44,697 nt of DNA. Origin: an uncultured Mycoplasmatota bacterium (GTDB lineage: Bacteria; Bacillota_I; Bacilli_A; RF39; UBA660). The DNA lies in NCBI GenBank assembly GCA_947574085.1, contig CANPIH010000003.1:1-44697 (forward strand), given 5' to 3'. The stretch's first letter is position 1. Every line of letters begins with the position of its first letter. Positions 10,482-20,318 of the stretch are shown here, one piece after another. Position numbers and translations under genes: made by a program. The notes beneath the pieces are model-generated. The model was not told the DNA's origin. It was given only the letters and a program-made list of their open reading frames with translations, and ran no database searches.

Positions 10482-11357
10482 TTGAATAAAACTTTAGTTT
10501 TACAATTGGATTCAGATTATTTGTATTTTAAATATTTAAAATCAAAATATAAGTTAGAAGATTATTATTGTAAAAAATTTAAAAATTTTTTTTTTTATTT
10601 TTTAAAACTCTTAGATATTTTACATATAAGTATTTTTCTTTTTTTAGGAAATTGGAAAAAAGAAATAAAAAAATTTGATACTGTTGTTATTATACCCAAC
10701 AATTATAATTATGGTATTTCAAAATATATAAAGAGGAAAAATAAAAAGTGCAAAATTATTTGTTATTTTTTAAATGTAATTTGTGAAACAAATCAAAATG
10801 TTTTAAAAGATCAAAATATTGATGAATTTTGGACTTTTGATCAAAAAGATTCAGCAAAATACAAAATGAATTATTACCCTCAATTTTTTTCAAAAGAAGT
10901 AAAATTAGAAAAAAAGAAAATCTTATACGATACGATTTTTTTAGGAAGAGATAAAGGAAGAAAAAAAGATTTAGAAAAAATAGATAAAGTATTTAAAAAA
11001 ATGAATTTAAAGTCTAATATTATGATAATTAGCAATGAAAAAGAATACATTGAATACCAAGAATATTTAGATTTAATAAGCGAAAGCAAAACAATTTTAG
11101 AGATAGTAGACGCTAAACAGTCTGGAATGACTTTAAGATGTATGGAGTCAATATTTTTAAATAAGAAATTAATTACTAACGATAAAAAAATTAAGGATTA
11201 TGATTTTTATAATAAAAATAATATTTTTGTTATTGGTATAGACAATTATAAAGATTTAAAAAATTTTATAAACACAAAATATCAAAATATTGATAGATCC
11301 ATATTAAAAAAATACGAATATGGTTCTTGGTTAAATGCGTTAGTAAAAAAGAAATAA
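10482..11357 (+). CDS. Putative GT-B fold polysaccharide biosynthesis glycosyltransferase
   Basis: WTFD..D, FLGRDKGR, Y.EYL, QSGMTLRCMESIFLNKKLITND...YDFY; operon context; TTG start with AGGAG RBS. Confidence 0.6.
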   Translation: MNKTLVLQLDSDYLYFKYLKSKYKLEDYYCKKFKNFFFYFLKLLDILHISIFLFLGNWKKEIKKFDTVVIIPNNYNYGISKYIKRKNKKCKIICYFLNVICETNQNVLKDQNIDEFWTFDQKDSAKYKMNYYPQFFSKEVKLEKKKILYDTIFLGRDKGRKKDLEKIDKVFKKMNLKSNIMIISNEKEYIEYQEYLDLISESKTILEIVDAKQSGMTLRCMESIFLNKKLITNDKKIKDYDFYNKNNIFVIGIDNYKDLKNFINTKYQNIDRSILKKYEYGSWLNALVKKK

Positions 11358-11365
11358 TTTTTTAA

Positions 11366-12886
11366 GTGGAGATGAACCAATTGCGAAGTAAAAGAGCATT
11401 AAAAAATATTTTAATAACATTATTATTGCAGATTATTACGATATTCTGTGGTTTCATTGTACCTAAATTGATTATAAGCAATTATGGTTCAGAAATGAAT
11501 GGATTACTTTCTTCTATTACTCAATTTTTAGCTTATATTACTCTTTTAGAGGCTGGAGTAGGTCCAGTTGTAAAAGCTACATTGTATAAACCTATTTCTC
11601 AGAAAAATACAAAAGATATTATAAATATTTTAAAAACATCAGAAAATTTTTTTAAAAAAATTGCTTATATTTTTATAGTGTATATACTTCTTTTATGTTG
11701 CATATATCCCACCGTTATTAATGATAAGTTTGATGTGTTATTTACGATTTCATTAATTCTTATAATGTCACTTTCAACTTTAACAGAATATTATTTAGGA
11801 ATTACTTATAGAATTTTTTTAAGTTCTTTACAAGAAACTTATGTAATTTCTATTACGCAAATTCTTGTTACAATTTTTAATACTATTGGTATTGTTTTAT
11901 TCATTTTTTTAGGTTTGAATATTATTTGGGTAAAATTAATGACAGCTATAATTTTTATTATTAAACCTATTTTTTTAAGTTATTATGTTAAAAAAAAGTA
12001 TAAAATTCATTTTAGAGATGAAATAGGAAGTTATAAATTAGAGAAAAAATGGGATGGTTTAGCACAGCATGTGGCGAATATCATTTACGAAAATACAGAT
12101 ATAGTTATTTTAACATTATTTGCAACTTTGAATGATGTTTCCATATACGCAGTTTATATATTGGTTATAAAAGGTATAAAAAGTTTAATAGAAGCTCTAA
12201 CCTCTGGAATTGATTCTTCTTTTGGTGATATGATTGCAAGAAAAGAACAAGAAAACTTAAGCAATAGTTTTAAGATTTATGAATTTGTTTATTTAACTAT
12301 TATTACCATTATTTGCATAAGTACAATAGTCTTAATTGTTCCTTTTATCAAAGTGTACACAATGAATATTTCTGATGCCAATTATGTTCAACCTTTGTTT
12401 GGCTTGCTATTATCTATTGCTGGTTTTATTTATGAAATTCGCTTGCCTTACAGTTTGCTTACACAAGCAGCGGGGTGTTTTAAAGAAACAAGAAATGGAG
12501 CTTGGTTAGAAGCGATTATGAATGTTGCTATTTCCATGTTTTTAGTTTTTAAATTGGGACTTATTGGAGTTGCATTAGGCACAATCATCGCGGTTTTGTT
12601 TCGAACTATTGAATTTATGATTTATACCTCTAAATATATTTTAAATAGAAAAATAATGGATACTTTTAAATGGTTTGTGATTATAATCTTTGAAACTTTT
12701 GTAATTTATTTAGTTAATAATTTATTTTTTAGCCAGTTAACTTTTGTATCCTATGGAACATGGTTTGTCTATGCTCTCTTTATTTTTGTTTTAACCACAT
12801 TCTTTGTAGTGATAATAAATTATATGTGGAACCGAAATACAGTATATAATTTAAAGTATTTAATCAAAAAAGTTCTAAAAAAATAA
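11366..12886 (+). CDS. Wzx/MOP-family polysaccharide flippase (module 1)
   Basis: About 12-14 TM; YGSEMNGL, LLEAGVG, LYKP, NTDIVIL, GLIGVALGT. Confidence 0.85.
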   Translation: MEMNQLRSKRALKNILITLLLQIITIFCGFIVPKLIISNYGSEMNGLLSSITQFLAYITLLEAGVGPVVKATLYKPISQKNTKDIINILKTSENFFKKIAYIFIVYILLLCCIYPTVINDKFDVLFTISLILIMSLSTLTEYYLGITYRIFLSSLQETYVISITQILVTIFNTIGIVLFIFLGLNIIWVKLMTAIIFIIKPIFLSYYVKKKYKIHFRDEIGSYKLEKKWDGLAQHVANIIYENTDIVILTLFATLNDVSIYAVYILVIKGIKSLIEALTSGIDSSFGDMIARKEQENLSNSFKIYEFVYLTIITIICISTIVLIVPFIKVYTMNISDANYVQPLFGLLLSIAGFIYEIRLPYSLLTQAAGCFKETRNGAWLEAIMNVAISMFLVFKLGLIGVALGTIIAVLFRTIEFMIYTSKYILNRKIMDTFKWFVIIIFETFVIYLVNNLFFSQLTFVSYGTWFVYALFIFVLTTFFVVIINYMWNRNTVYNLKYLIKKVLKK

Positions 12887-13043
12887 ATATTATCAATTAT
12901 TGTAAGTAGTAATTTGGAATACATTGAAACATCGTATTAGTTATGATAATATGATAAAAAGAATATAGTTTGGTAATTTATATTGACAATAAAGAAATGA
13001 AGTTGACTTATTTAAATTATTTGTTCAGAAAGAAGAAAAAGCT

Positions 13044-13895
13044 ATGAAAAATGGAATCGTAATATTAAATTATAATGATAGCGAAAATACATCTTTGTTT
13101 TTAAAAAATATTAAAGATTTTAATATATTAGATTATATTGTTGTTGTGGACAACAAAAGTACAGATGATTCTTTGAAAAAACTTAAAGTTTATGAAAATA
13201 ATAAAATAAAAATAGTAGAAGCAAAAGCAAATAAAGGATACGCATCTGGAAATAATGTGGGGATAAAATATTTAATTGAAAATTTTGATATTGATAATAT
13301 TATTATATCAAATCCAGATATTGTAGTAAAAGAAGAAGATATTAAAATGTTAATACAAGATTTGAAAAATCAAAAAATTTCTGTTATAGCTCCTAATGTG
13401 AAAGAACCTTATGGAGTATCTCGTGGTTGGAAACTTCCTACATTTTTTTCAGAATTTCTTTCTAGTATTCCAATACTTAGACGATTTGAGCAAACTCTAC
13501 TATCTTATCGTAATGAAAACTATCAAAGTGATTTAACACAAGTGGATGTTGTCAAAGGCTGTTTTTTTATAATAAAAAAAGATGCTTTTGAAGATATTAA
13601 CTTTTTTGATGAAAATACTTTTCTTTATTATGAAGAAAACATAATGGCAAAAAAGTTACAAAATAAAGGCTATATTACTTGTGTAGATAATAGGGTAACT
13701 ATAATTCATGCTTTATCTCAAAGTGTTGATAAAAATATTAGAAAGTTAGAGAAATTCAAATATTTGAAAAGTAGCCAATATTATTATGAAAAGTCTATTA
13801 ATAAATTGAATATTTTTAAACTTATGATTTTAAAAGTATTGAATAGTATCTATTTCTTTGGCTTGAAAGTAGAAAAAATAATAATAAGAAGGTGA
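13044..13895 (+). CDS. GT2 glycosyltransferase (rhamnosyltransferase-like)
   Basis: IVILNYN, VVDNKSTD, NKGYASGNN.G, SNPD, FDENTFLYYEE. Confidence 0.85.
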   Translation: MKNGIVILNYNDSENTSLFLKNIKDFNILDYIVVVDNKSTDDSLKKLKVYENNKIKIVEAKANKGYASGNNVGIKYLIENFDIDNIIISNPDIVVKEEDIKMLIQDLKNQKISVIAPNVKEPYGVSRGWKLPTFFSEFLSSIPILRRFEQTLLSYRNENYQSDLTQVDVVKGCFFIIKKDAFEDINFFDENTFLYYEENIMAKKLQNKGYITCVDNRVTIIHALSQSVDKNIRKLEKFKYLKSSQYYYEKSINKLNIFKLMILKVLNSIYFFGLKVEKIIIRR

Positions 13896-13900
13896 TATCT

Positions 13901-15055
13901 ATGAAAAATATTATTATTATAGGGGCAAGAGGATACAAATCGAACTATGGGGGTTGGGAGACATTTGTTACAAATTTAATTAAAAACTATTTGGATAAAG
14001 AAGTTAAGTTTCATATTCCAGAGCTTACAAACGACAAAAGGCAAAATAAAAAAATAATTGAAAAAGATGATGTATCATGTCTTCAAGTTTACTCTCCAAA
14101 ATGGGGATTTGTAACCATGTTTATCTACGCTATTTTAGCTTTAAAACGAATGAATCAATATATCAAGAAACAAAAACTTGAAAATGTAGTTTTATATATT
14201 TTAGGGTGTCGTATGGGACCATTTTATCCGTTTTTGATTCATTCTCTAAAAAAAAGAGGCGTTAAAGTTTATTTGAATCCTGATGGGTTAGAATGGATGC
14301 GAGATAAGTGGTCTTGGTGGATAAAAATCTGTTTTAAATTAAGCGAATATTGTATGATAAAACATAGTGATGTAGTTGTATGTGACTCTAAAGCAATTCA
14401 AAATTATGTAAATACTAAGTACAAAAAATTTAATAAGATTACATATTTTATTCCTTATGGGGCTTATTTAAATCAGAAAGAATGTAAAACGGATATTGTA
14501 AAAAAAATGTATAAAAAATATCAACTTGACGAAGACAACTATTATCTTCTTGTTGGCCGATTTGTTCCAGAAAATAATTATGAACTTATTATTAAAGAAT
14601 TTATGGCGTCATCTTCAAAAAAAGATTTGGTGATAATTTCAAACATAGAGAAAAATAAATTTTACAATTTACTAAAAGAAAAAACAAAATTTGACACTGA
14701 TAAGAGAATTAAATTTGTCGGAGCGGTTTACGATAAAGATTCACTTTATTATTTTAGAAAACATGCTTTTGCTTATATTCATGGGCATAGTGCTGGTGGA
14801 ACGAATCCTAGTCTTTTAGAATCTTTGGCTAGCACAAAATTAAATATTTTGTTTCATGCGATATATAATGTTGAAGTTGGACTTACTTCTTGTTTTTACT
14901 TTAGTAAAAAAGACCATGATTTAGTAAGAATCATTAAAAAAGTAGAAAATCTTGACACAATGGCTATCAAAAAGTATGAAAAATTAGCACATGAGCGAAT
15001 AAAAAATGAATATACTTGGACACTAATAGTAGACAAATACAAAAATATTTGGTAA
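13901..15055 (+). CDS. rgpA: RgpA/GacB-like initiating rhamnosyltransferase (DUF1972 + GT4)
   Basis: IIGARG....YGGWETF, NPDGLEW.R.KW, CDS, VGRFVPENNYE, AYIHGHSAGGTNPSLLE; ORF track start 13892. Confidence 0.85.
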   Translation: MKNIIIIGARGYKSNYGGWETFVTNLIKNYLDKEVKFHIPELTNDKRQNKKIIEKDDVSCLQVYSPKWGFVTMFIYAILALKRMNQYIKKQKLENVVLYILGCRMGPFYPFLIHSLKKRGVKVYLNPDGLEWMRDKWSWWIKICFKLSEYCMIKHSDVVVCDSKAIQNYVNTKYKKFNKITYFIPYGAYLNQKECKTDIVKKMYKKYQLDEDNYYLLVGRFVPENNYELIIKEFMASSSKKDLVIISNIEKNKFYNLLKEKTKFDTDKRIKFVGAVYDKDSLYYFRKHAFAYIHGHSAGGTNPSLLESLASTKLNILFHAIYNVEVGLTSCFYFSKKDHDLVRIIKKVENLDTMAIKKYEKLAHERIKNEYTWTLIVDKYKNIW

Positions 15056-15109
15056 AAAAGATAATTTAATGGTATTCTTATGTAATAAGAAAAAGAAGGT
15101 AGTGATAAA

Positions 15110-15841
15110 ATGAAGGAGAAAGCAATTGAATTGGAAAATGTAACAAAATCCTTTAAATTATTTTATGATAAACCAACCACTTTAAAGGAAAGACTTGTTT
15201 TTTGGAATAAGAAAAAAGCCGATGAGCGAGTGATTTTAAATGATATCTCTTTAGATATAAAAAAAGGAGAGACCGTTGCTTTAATAGGTGTTAATGGATG
15301 TGGGAAATCCACTCTTTTAAAAATGATGACTAAAATTATATATCCTACTAAGGGTAAAATTAAAACACATGGTAAGATTACTTCTTTATTAGAATTAGGA
15401 GCAGGATTTCATCCAGATTTTACAGGACGAGAAAATATCTATTTTAATGCTTCTATATTTGGACTTTCAGAGCGTGAAATTGATAATCGTTTGGATGACA
15501 TTATTGCTTTTTCAGAATTAGGAGAATTAATTGATAGTCCTGTCAGAACGTATTCTAGTGGACAATATATGCGACTTGCTTTTTCCATTGCTATTAATGT
15601 GGATGCTGAAATTCTTTTAATTGATGAAATATTAGCGGTAGGTGATCAACATTTTCAAGATAAGTGTTTTGGAAAACTAACTGAATTGAAAAAAGGTGAT
15701 ACTACCATTGTCATTGTAAGTCATGGTCTTGAATCTGTAAAAGATTTATGCAATCGTGGTATTTGGATACATAATGGAAAAATAAAAATGGATGGTAAAA
15801 TTAAGAATGTATTGGAAGCGTATGTAAAGGAGTGTAGATAA
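15110..15841 (+). CDS. wzt: Polysaccharide ABC exporter ATP-binding subunit (Wzt/RgpD/TagH), without C-terminal domain
   Basis: Walker A GVNGCGKST, LLELGAGFHPDFTGREN, signature YSSGQ, Walker B ILLIDEILAVGD, VSH. Confidence 0.92.
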   Translation: MKEKAIELENVTKSFKLFYDKPTTLKERLVFWNKKKADERVILNDISLDIKKGETVALIGVNGCGKSTLLKMMTKIIYPTKGKIKTHGKITSLLELGAGFHPDFTGRENIYFNASIFGLSEREIDNRLDDIIAFSELGELIDSPVRTYSSGQYMRLAFSIAINVDAEILLIDEILAVGDQHFQDKCFGKLTELKKGDTTIVIVSHGLESVKDLCNRGIWIHNGKIKMDGKIKNVLEAYVKECR

Positions 15842-15843
15842 TT

Positions 15844-16623
15844 ATGAAAGAATTATTTAAAAATCTTTACAATTATCGTTTGCTTTTAAAAAGCAATGTA
15901 AAAAAAGATATTCGTGGAAAGTATAAAGCTTCATTCTTAGGAATTTTATGGACTTTTGTAAATCCATTGTTAACTACTTTAGTATACGCTATCGTTTTTC
16001 CTTTTATTTTAAAAAATACAGAACCACATTATGTAACATATTTAATTATAGGTATTTTACCTTGGACTTATTTTACAAACACAATTGTAATTGGAACTAA
16101 TGTTATTTTAGGCAATGCTGGCATTATAAAAAAAGTGTATTTTCCAAGAGAAATTTTACCTATATCAGCAAATACAAGTGGATTAATTAATTTTTTAGTT
16201 TCTTGTTTAATTATTTTTCTTTTTTTAATCTGTAGCGGAATTTGGTTTAGTCCTTATTTGTTATTCTTGCCTCTTATTATAATGATACAATATGTATTTC
16301 AACTAGGAATTATTTTGATAGCAAGTGCTGTTGAAGTTTATGTTCGAGATGCGGAGTATATCATTAATTTTTTAGTGAGCATGTTATTTTATTTAACGCC
16401 AATTCTTTATTCTGTTAAAATGTTTGAGGGAAGTCCTATAGCGAATTTAATTAAGTTAAATCCTATGGCGACGATTATTAATAGTTATCGTAATATTTTA
16501 TTTTATCAAACTATGCCAGAAATTAAAGCTTTGCTTATTACTTTTGGAGTAAGTTTATTATTGTTGTGGATAGGTTTTAAAATTTTTAACAAATTACAAA
16601 GAGGATTTGCTGAGGAGGTTTAA
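15844..16623 (+). CDS. wzm: Polysaccharide ABC exporter permease (Wzm/RgpC)
   Basis: KYKASFLGILW...NPL, IKKVYFPRE, VYVRD, FYLTPILY, NPM, FAEEV. Confidence 0.92.
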   Translation: MKELFKNLYNYRLLLKSNVKKDIRGKYKASFLGILWTFVNPLLTTLVYAIVFPFILKNTEPHYVTYLIIGILPWTYFTNTIVIGTNVILGNAGIIKKVYFPREILPISANTSGLINFLVSCLIIFLFLICSGIWFSPYLLFLPLIIMIQYVFQLGIILIASAVEVYVRDAEYIINFLVSMLFYLTPILYSVKMFEGSPIANLIKLNPMATIINSYRNILFYQTMPEIKALLITFGVSLLLLWIGFKIFNKLQRGFAEEV

Positions 16624-16624
16624 A

Positions 16625-17470
16625 ATGGGTTTAAAAATTGCAGCAGTTGTAACCTTATTTTATCCAAATTCTACTCATTTCAAAAATATAAATAATTATT
16701 TGGAATCTGTAGACAAACTATATGTAATTGATAACACTCCCAAGAAAAATGTTAAAAAATTTTTACCTCAAAATAAGAAAATTGAATATTATTCTTATGA
16801 TAATTTAGGAGTGGCAAAGGCTTTGAATATTGCAGCAAAATTGGCTCAAAAAGAATACACTTGGTTACTAACAATGGATCAAGATACCGTTATTCAAAAA
16901 TCTGTAATTGAAGAAATGAAACAAATTATTAAGAAAAAAAATATGGATAATATTGGGATTGTTACCCCATGGCATAAAACAAAATTGCTAGTAGAAAAAC
17001 CAACAGAAGCTGTAGATTATCCTCAAGACGTTATGACTTCTGGAAATCTATTAAATTTAGTTATTTGGGAAAAAATAGGGGGATTTTTTGAAGATTTTTT
17101 TATTGACGGGATAGACATTGAATATGGACTACGCTTAAAAAAAAATGGTTATAAAATTATGCGTTTAAATTATTTAGAAATTGAACATGATTTAGGGAAT
17201 ATTTTTTATATAAAAGGGAAATTATGTACCAATCATAGTGGAATTCGAAGATATTATATGAATCGTAATTATCACTATATTTATGATATGTATAAAGATA
17301 CTGACTTAAATTTTTGCTTATTTTTAAAAAGTAACTACAAAACAATGCTTAAAGTTATTTTATTTGAAAAAAATAAATTTTCTAAAGTATATGGCTTTGT
17401 ACTAGGTTATCTACACTATAAAAAAGGTATTAAAGGAAAATTAGAAAAATTTTTAAATCAAAAGATGTAA
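16625..17470 (+). CDS. GT2 rhamnosyltransferase (RfbF-like)
   Basis: AVVTLFYP, VIDNT, NLGVAKALN, LLTMDQD, MTSGNL, FFIDGIDIEY, RRYYMNRN; ATG 16625 after GAGGAGG. Confidence 0.85.
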   Translation: MGLKIAAVVTLFYPNSTHFKNINNYLESVDKLYVIDNTPKKNVKKFLPQNKKIEYYSYDNLGVAKALNIAAKLAQKEYTWLLTMDQDTVIQKSVIEEMKQIIKKKNMDNIGIVTPWHKTKLLVEKPTEAVDYPQDVMTSGNLLNLVIWEKIGGFFEDFFIDGIDIEYGLRLKKNGYKIMRLNYLEIEHDLGNIFYIKGKLCTNHSGIRRYYMNRNYHYIYDMYKDTDLNFCLFLKSNYKTMLKVILFEKNKFSKVYGFVLGYLHYKKGIKGKLEKFLNQKM

Positions 17471-17513
17471 TTTGAAGAAAAAAATGTTAAAATACAAAAA
17501 AGGAGCGAATAAT

Positions 17514-19178
17514 ATGCTTTTTACAAAAAAAAATATTCATCGATTAGGAGTATTTGTTTTTTTTGATAAAAATGGTATTGTAGATGATTATGTACTTTTT
17601 ATGCTTGAATCCTTAAAAAAAGCTGTACAAGATTTAATTATAGTTTCTAATTGTATGTTATCTGGTAATGAGAAAAAAAAATTATTTACTTTTACTGATA
17701 AAATAAAGATTAGACAAAATATTGGCTTAGACGCTGGAGCATTTAAAGAAGTTTATGACGACTATCAAAACTATTTTAGAGATTTTGATGAGCTTATACT
17801 TGTGAATGATACGTTTTATGGTCCTTTTGTACCTTTTAAAAAAATATGTGAAGTTATGGAGAAAAGGGATGTTGATTTTTGGGGGCTAACGGCAAATTAT
17901 AATAGTGTGGATGGATTTGGATATCTTCCCGATAATATGATTCATAGCCATATACAAACGTTTTTTATTGCTTTTCGTGGAAATGTTTTAAATAGTAAAG
18001 CCTTTCGTGAATATTGGGAAAATTACAACATAAAAAAAATGAAACGTTTTGATAATGTGGTGACAAAACATGAAATCGTATTTACACATTATTTAGAACA
18101 AGCTGGTTTTAAATGGGATGTATACACCAATTTAGAAAAATATCATAGTTCCAATTTAGAAGAAAATTTTAATGCATACGCTTATGCCTCTTTTGATTTG
18201 ATTCAAAATTGTAATTGTCCATTTATTAAAAGAAAAAACTTTGTATTTGATAAAAAAGATATTCTTTATTTGACTGATGGTGAAGAGAATAAAAAAAGTA
18301 TGGAATACATAGAAAAACATTTCTCTTACGATACAAATATGATTTGGAAAAATTTAATAAGACTTTATAATACAGAGGATTTATATTATGGTTTGAATTT
18401 AAATTTTATTGTTGAAGAACAAGAAAAAAGTAGTATTTTGTATGCTATTGTAATTTATTTAGAAGAAGAAAAGTACTTGCATTTCTTTATGCAATTTTTA
18501 AAAAATACACACATAAAAAATATTTTTGTTTTTGCAAGTAATTCCAAAGTGCAACGAAAGTTAGAAAACGAAAATATAAAGGTTACAGCAAAAAAAGATT
18601 TTGATTCTTCAAAATACCAATATATCGGTATCGTAAAAGATAAAGATTTAAAAAGACAAAAAATATTTTTGGTCTATGAACATTATTTTGCCCATTTTAT
18701 GTTGAACGCTTTAGAAAGCCAAAAATATATAAATGGTATTCTTAAAATCTTTGCAGAAAATTTTTATTTAGGAATGCTTTTGCTTCCAGAAAGCTTTCAT
18801 AGTGATTATTTTGGAGAAATTGCAGAAATGAGTAATAAAATACCATGCAATTACAACTCATGCTTTATTAAAAGTAATTTATTTGATTGGGAAATAATAG
18901 AAAAAGATTCTTTTGTATCGCATTATTTAGAAAAAGCAAAATACAAATACATTGTTGGAAAAATATATAATAAAAAAAGCATAGCAAAATATTTATTAAA
19001 TCAAGAATATATTATTAAAAAAACTTATGAAACTTTAGGAAATTGTAATGGGTATGTAAATCAATTTTCTGTTCTTTTATATCATTTAAAACATACAAAA
19101 AGGATTCAAATTCCAGGAAGGGGAATAATATTACGTTTGTATCGAAAGTTTCTAAAAATACGTTATAAATTTTTTTAA
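17514..19178 (+). CDS. rgpF: Rhamnan synthesis protein F (RgpF family)
   Basis: FFDKNGIVDDYV, RQNIGLDAGA, LVNDTFYGP, DFWGLT, HIQTFF, HE..FT, CPFIKRK; ATG 17514 after AAGGAG (track start 17472). Confidence 0.85.
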   Translation: MLFTKKNIHRLGVFVFFDKNGIVDDYVLFMLESLKKAVQDLIIVSNCMLSGNEKKKLFTFTDKIKIRQNIGLDAGAFKEVYDDYQNYFRDFDELILVNDTFYGPFVPFKKICEVMEKRDVDFWGLTANYNSVDGFGYLPDNMIHSHIQTFFIAFRGNVLNSKAFREYWENYNIKKMKRFDNVVTKHEIVFTHYLEQAGFKWDVYTNLEKYHSSNLEENFNAYAYASFDLIQNCNCPFIKRKNFVFDKKDILYLTDGEENKKSMEYIEKHFSYDTNMIWKNLIRLYNTEDLYYGLNLNFIVEEQEKSSILYAIVIYLEEEKYLHFFMQFLKNTHIKNIFVFASNSKVQRKLENENIKVTAKKDFDSSKYQYIGIVKDKDLKRQKIFLVYEHYFAHFMLNALESQKYINGILKIFAENFYLGMLLLPESFHSDYFGEIAEMSNKIPCNYNSCFIKSNLFDWEIIEKDSFVSHYLEKAKYKYIVGKIYNKKSIAKYLLNQEYIIKKTYETLGNCNGYVNQFSVLLYHLKHTKRIQIPGRGIILRLYRKFLKIRYKFF

Positions 19179-19203
19179 AAGTTTTTTTAATAAAAAAAAT
19201 TGT

Positions 19204-20205
19204 TTACTTTTTACTATTTTTTAAATTCCAAGCAAAACTATAAATTAATTTATAAAGTTTAAATTTATAGAGTAGATAACCGATAAGCAATTTACTGTCT
19301 AAATTTTTAAACTTTATTTTTTTTAATACTTGCTCTATTTGATTTGTTTTTAAATATTTTTTTATATTTTCTTTTCCACTTTTATAGTTTTTATTATTTA
19401 ATTCATTTAAAAGAATTCCTAAAAATTTACGAAGGTAAAATAAGCCAAGAAGATGCTCCCAATTCTTTATACCATTTTCTAAACAGATTTCTTTTAATGG
19501 TTCATAATATTTCAAATTTTCTTCAAAGTTAATAGGACAATAAATTAAATTTGTATCTGAAACATAGTAATAAAGTTTTTCATCTAAATAAAGGTATTTG
19601 TCAATTTTAGAAACGTAAGCAATATTAAATAGTAAATCTTCTCCGCTTTTTTTATTTGTATTAAATTGTAAATGATTTTCATCTATAATTTTTTTAAGGT
19701 AAATTTTATTCCAAGGAACGCTTCCAAGTTTATGAAGAAATTCTCCCTGAATATATTTTTGTATCCCATTTTTTTCAATAAAAGGTCCATTTTTATATCG
19801 CTTTGAAATTATATCTCCTACATATTTTTGACGGTCTATTATGTAAGCATTAAAGTAAAGAAGTTCAAAAGTTTCTTTTTGAAGAATAGGAATGATCTTT
19901 AAAAAAAATTTTTCATTGTACCAGTCATCACAATCTCCAAAAGTAATATATTTTCCTTTTGCATAAGAAATTCCAATATTTCTAGTATCACTAACTCCAC
20001 TATGTTTTTTGTCTATAGCTTTAATATTTTTATATTTTTTTTCGTATTCTTTTAAAATTTTAAATGTGTTGTCCTCAGAACCATCATTTACGAGAATTAA
20101 TTCATAATTTTTATAATTTTGGCAAAGTAAAGATTCAATTAATTTTTTTACTTTTTTTTCTCCATTGTATACAGGGCATATTATAGATAACAGTATATTT
20201 TTCAT
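19204..20205 (-). CDS. GT2 glycosyltransferase (opposite strand to the locus)
   Basis: SIICPVYN, VNDGSED, GVSDTRNIG, FGDCDD, VPWNKIY, GEDLLFN; AAGGAG RBS. Confidence 0.9.
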   Translation of the reverse strand: MKNILLSIICPVYNGEKKVKKLIESLLCQNYKNYELILVNDGSEDNTFKILKEYEKKYKNIKAIDKKHSGVSDTRNIGISYAKGKYITFGDCDDWYNEKFFLKIIPILQKETFELLYFNAYIIDRQKYVGDIISKRYKNGPFIEKNGIQKYIQGEFLHKLGSVPWNKIYLKKIIDENHLQFNTNKKSGEDLLFNIAYVSKIDKYLYLDEKLYYYVSDTNLIYCPINFEENLKYYEPLKEICLENGIKNWEHLLGLFYLRKFLGILLNELNNKNYKSGKENIKKYLKTNQIEQVLKKIKFKNLDSKLLIGYLLYKFKLYKLIYSFAWNLKNSKK

Positions 20206-20318
20206 TCTTTTTTCTCCTTATCTCTTTTATTTTAACATAATGCTTTTTAAAAAGCACAATGTATTGAATAACTTTTTAAAATAATATATAATTTAGTTAG
20301 AGAAAAGGTATGAGTTAA

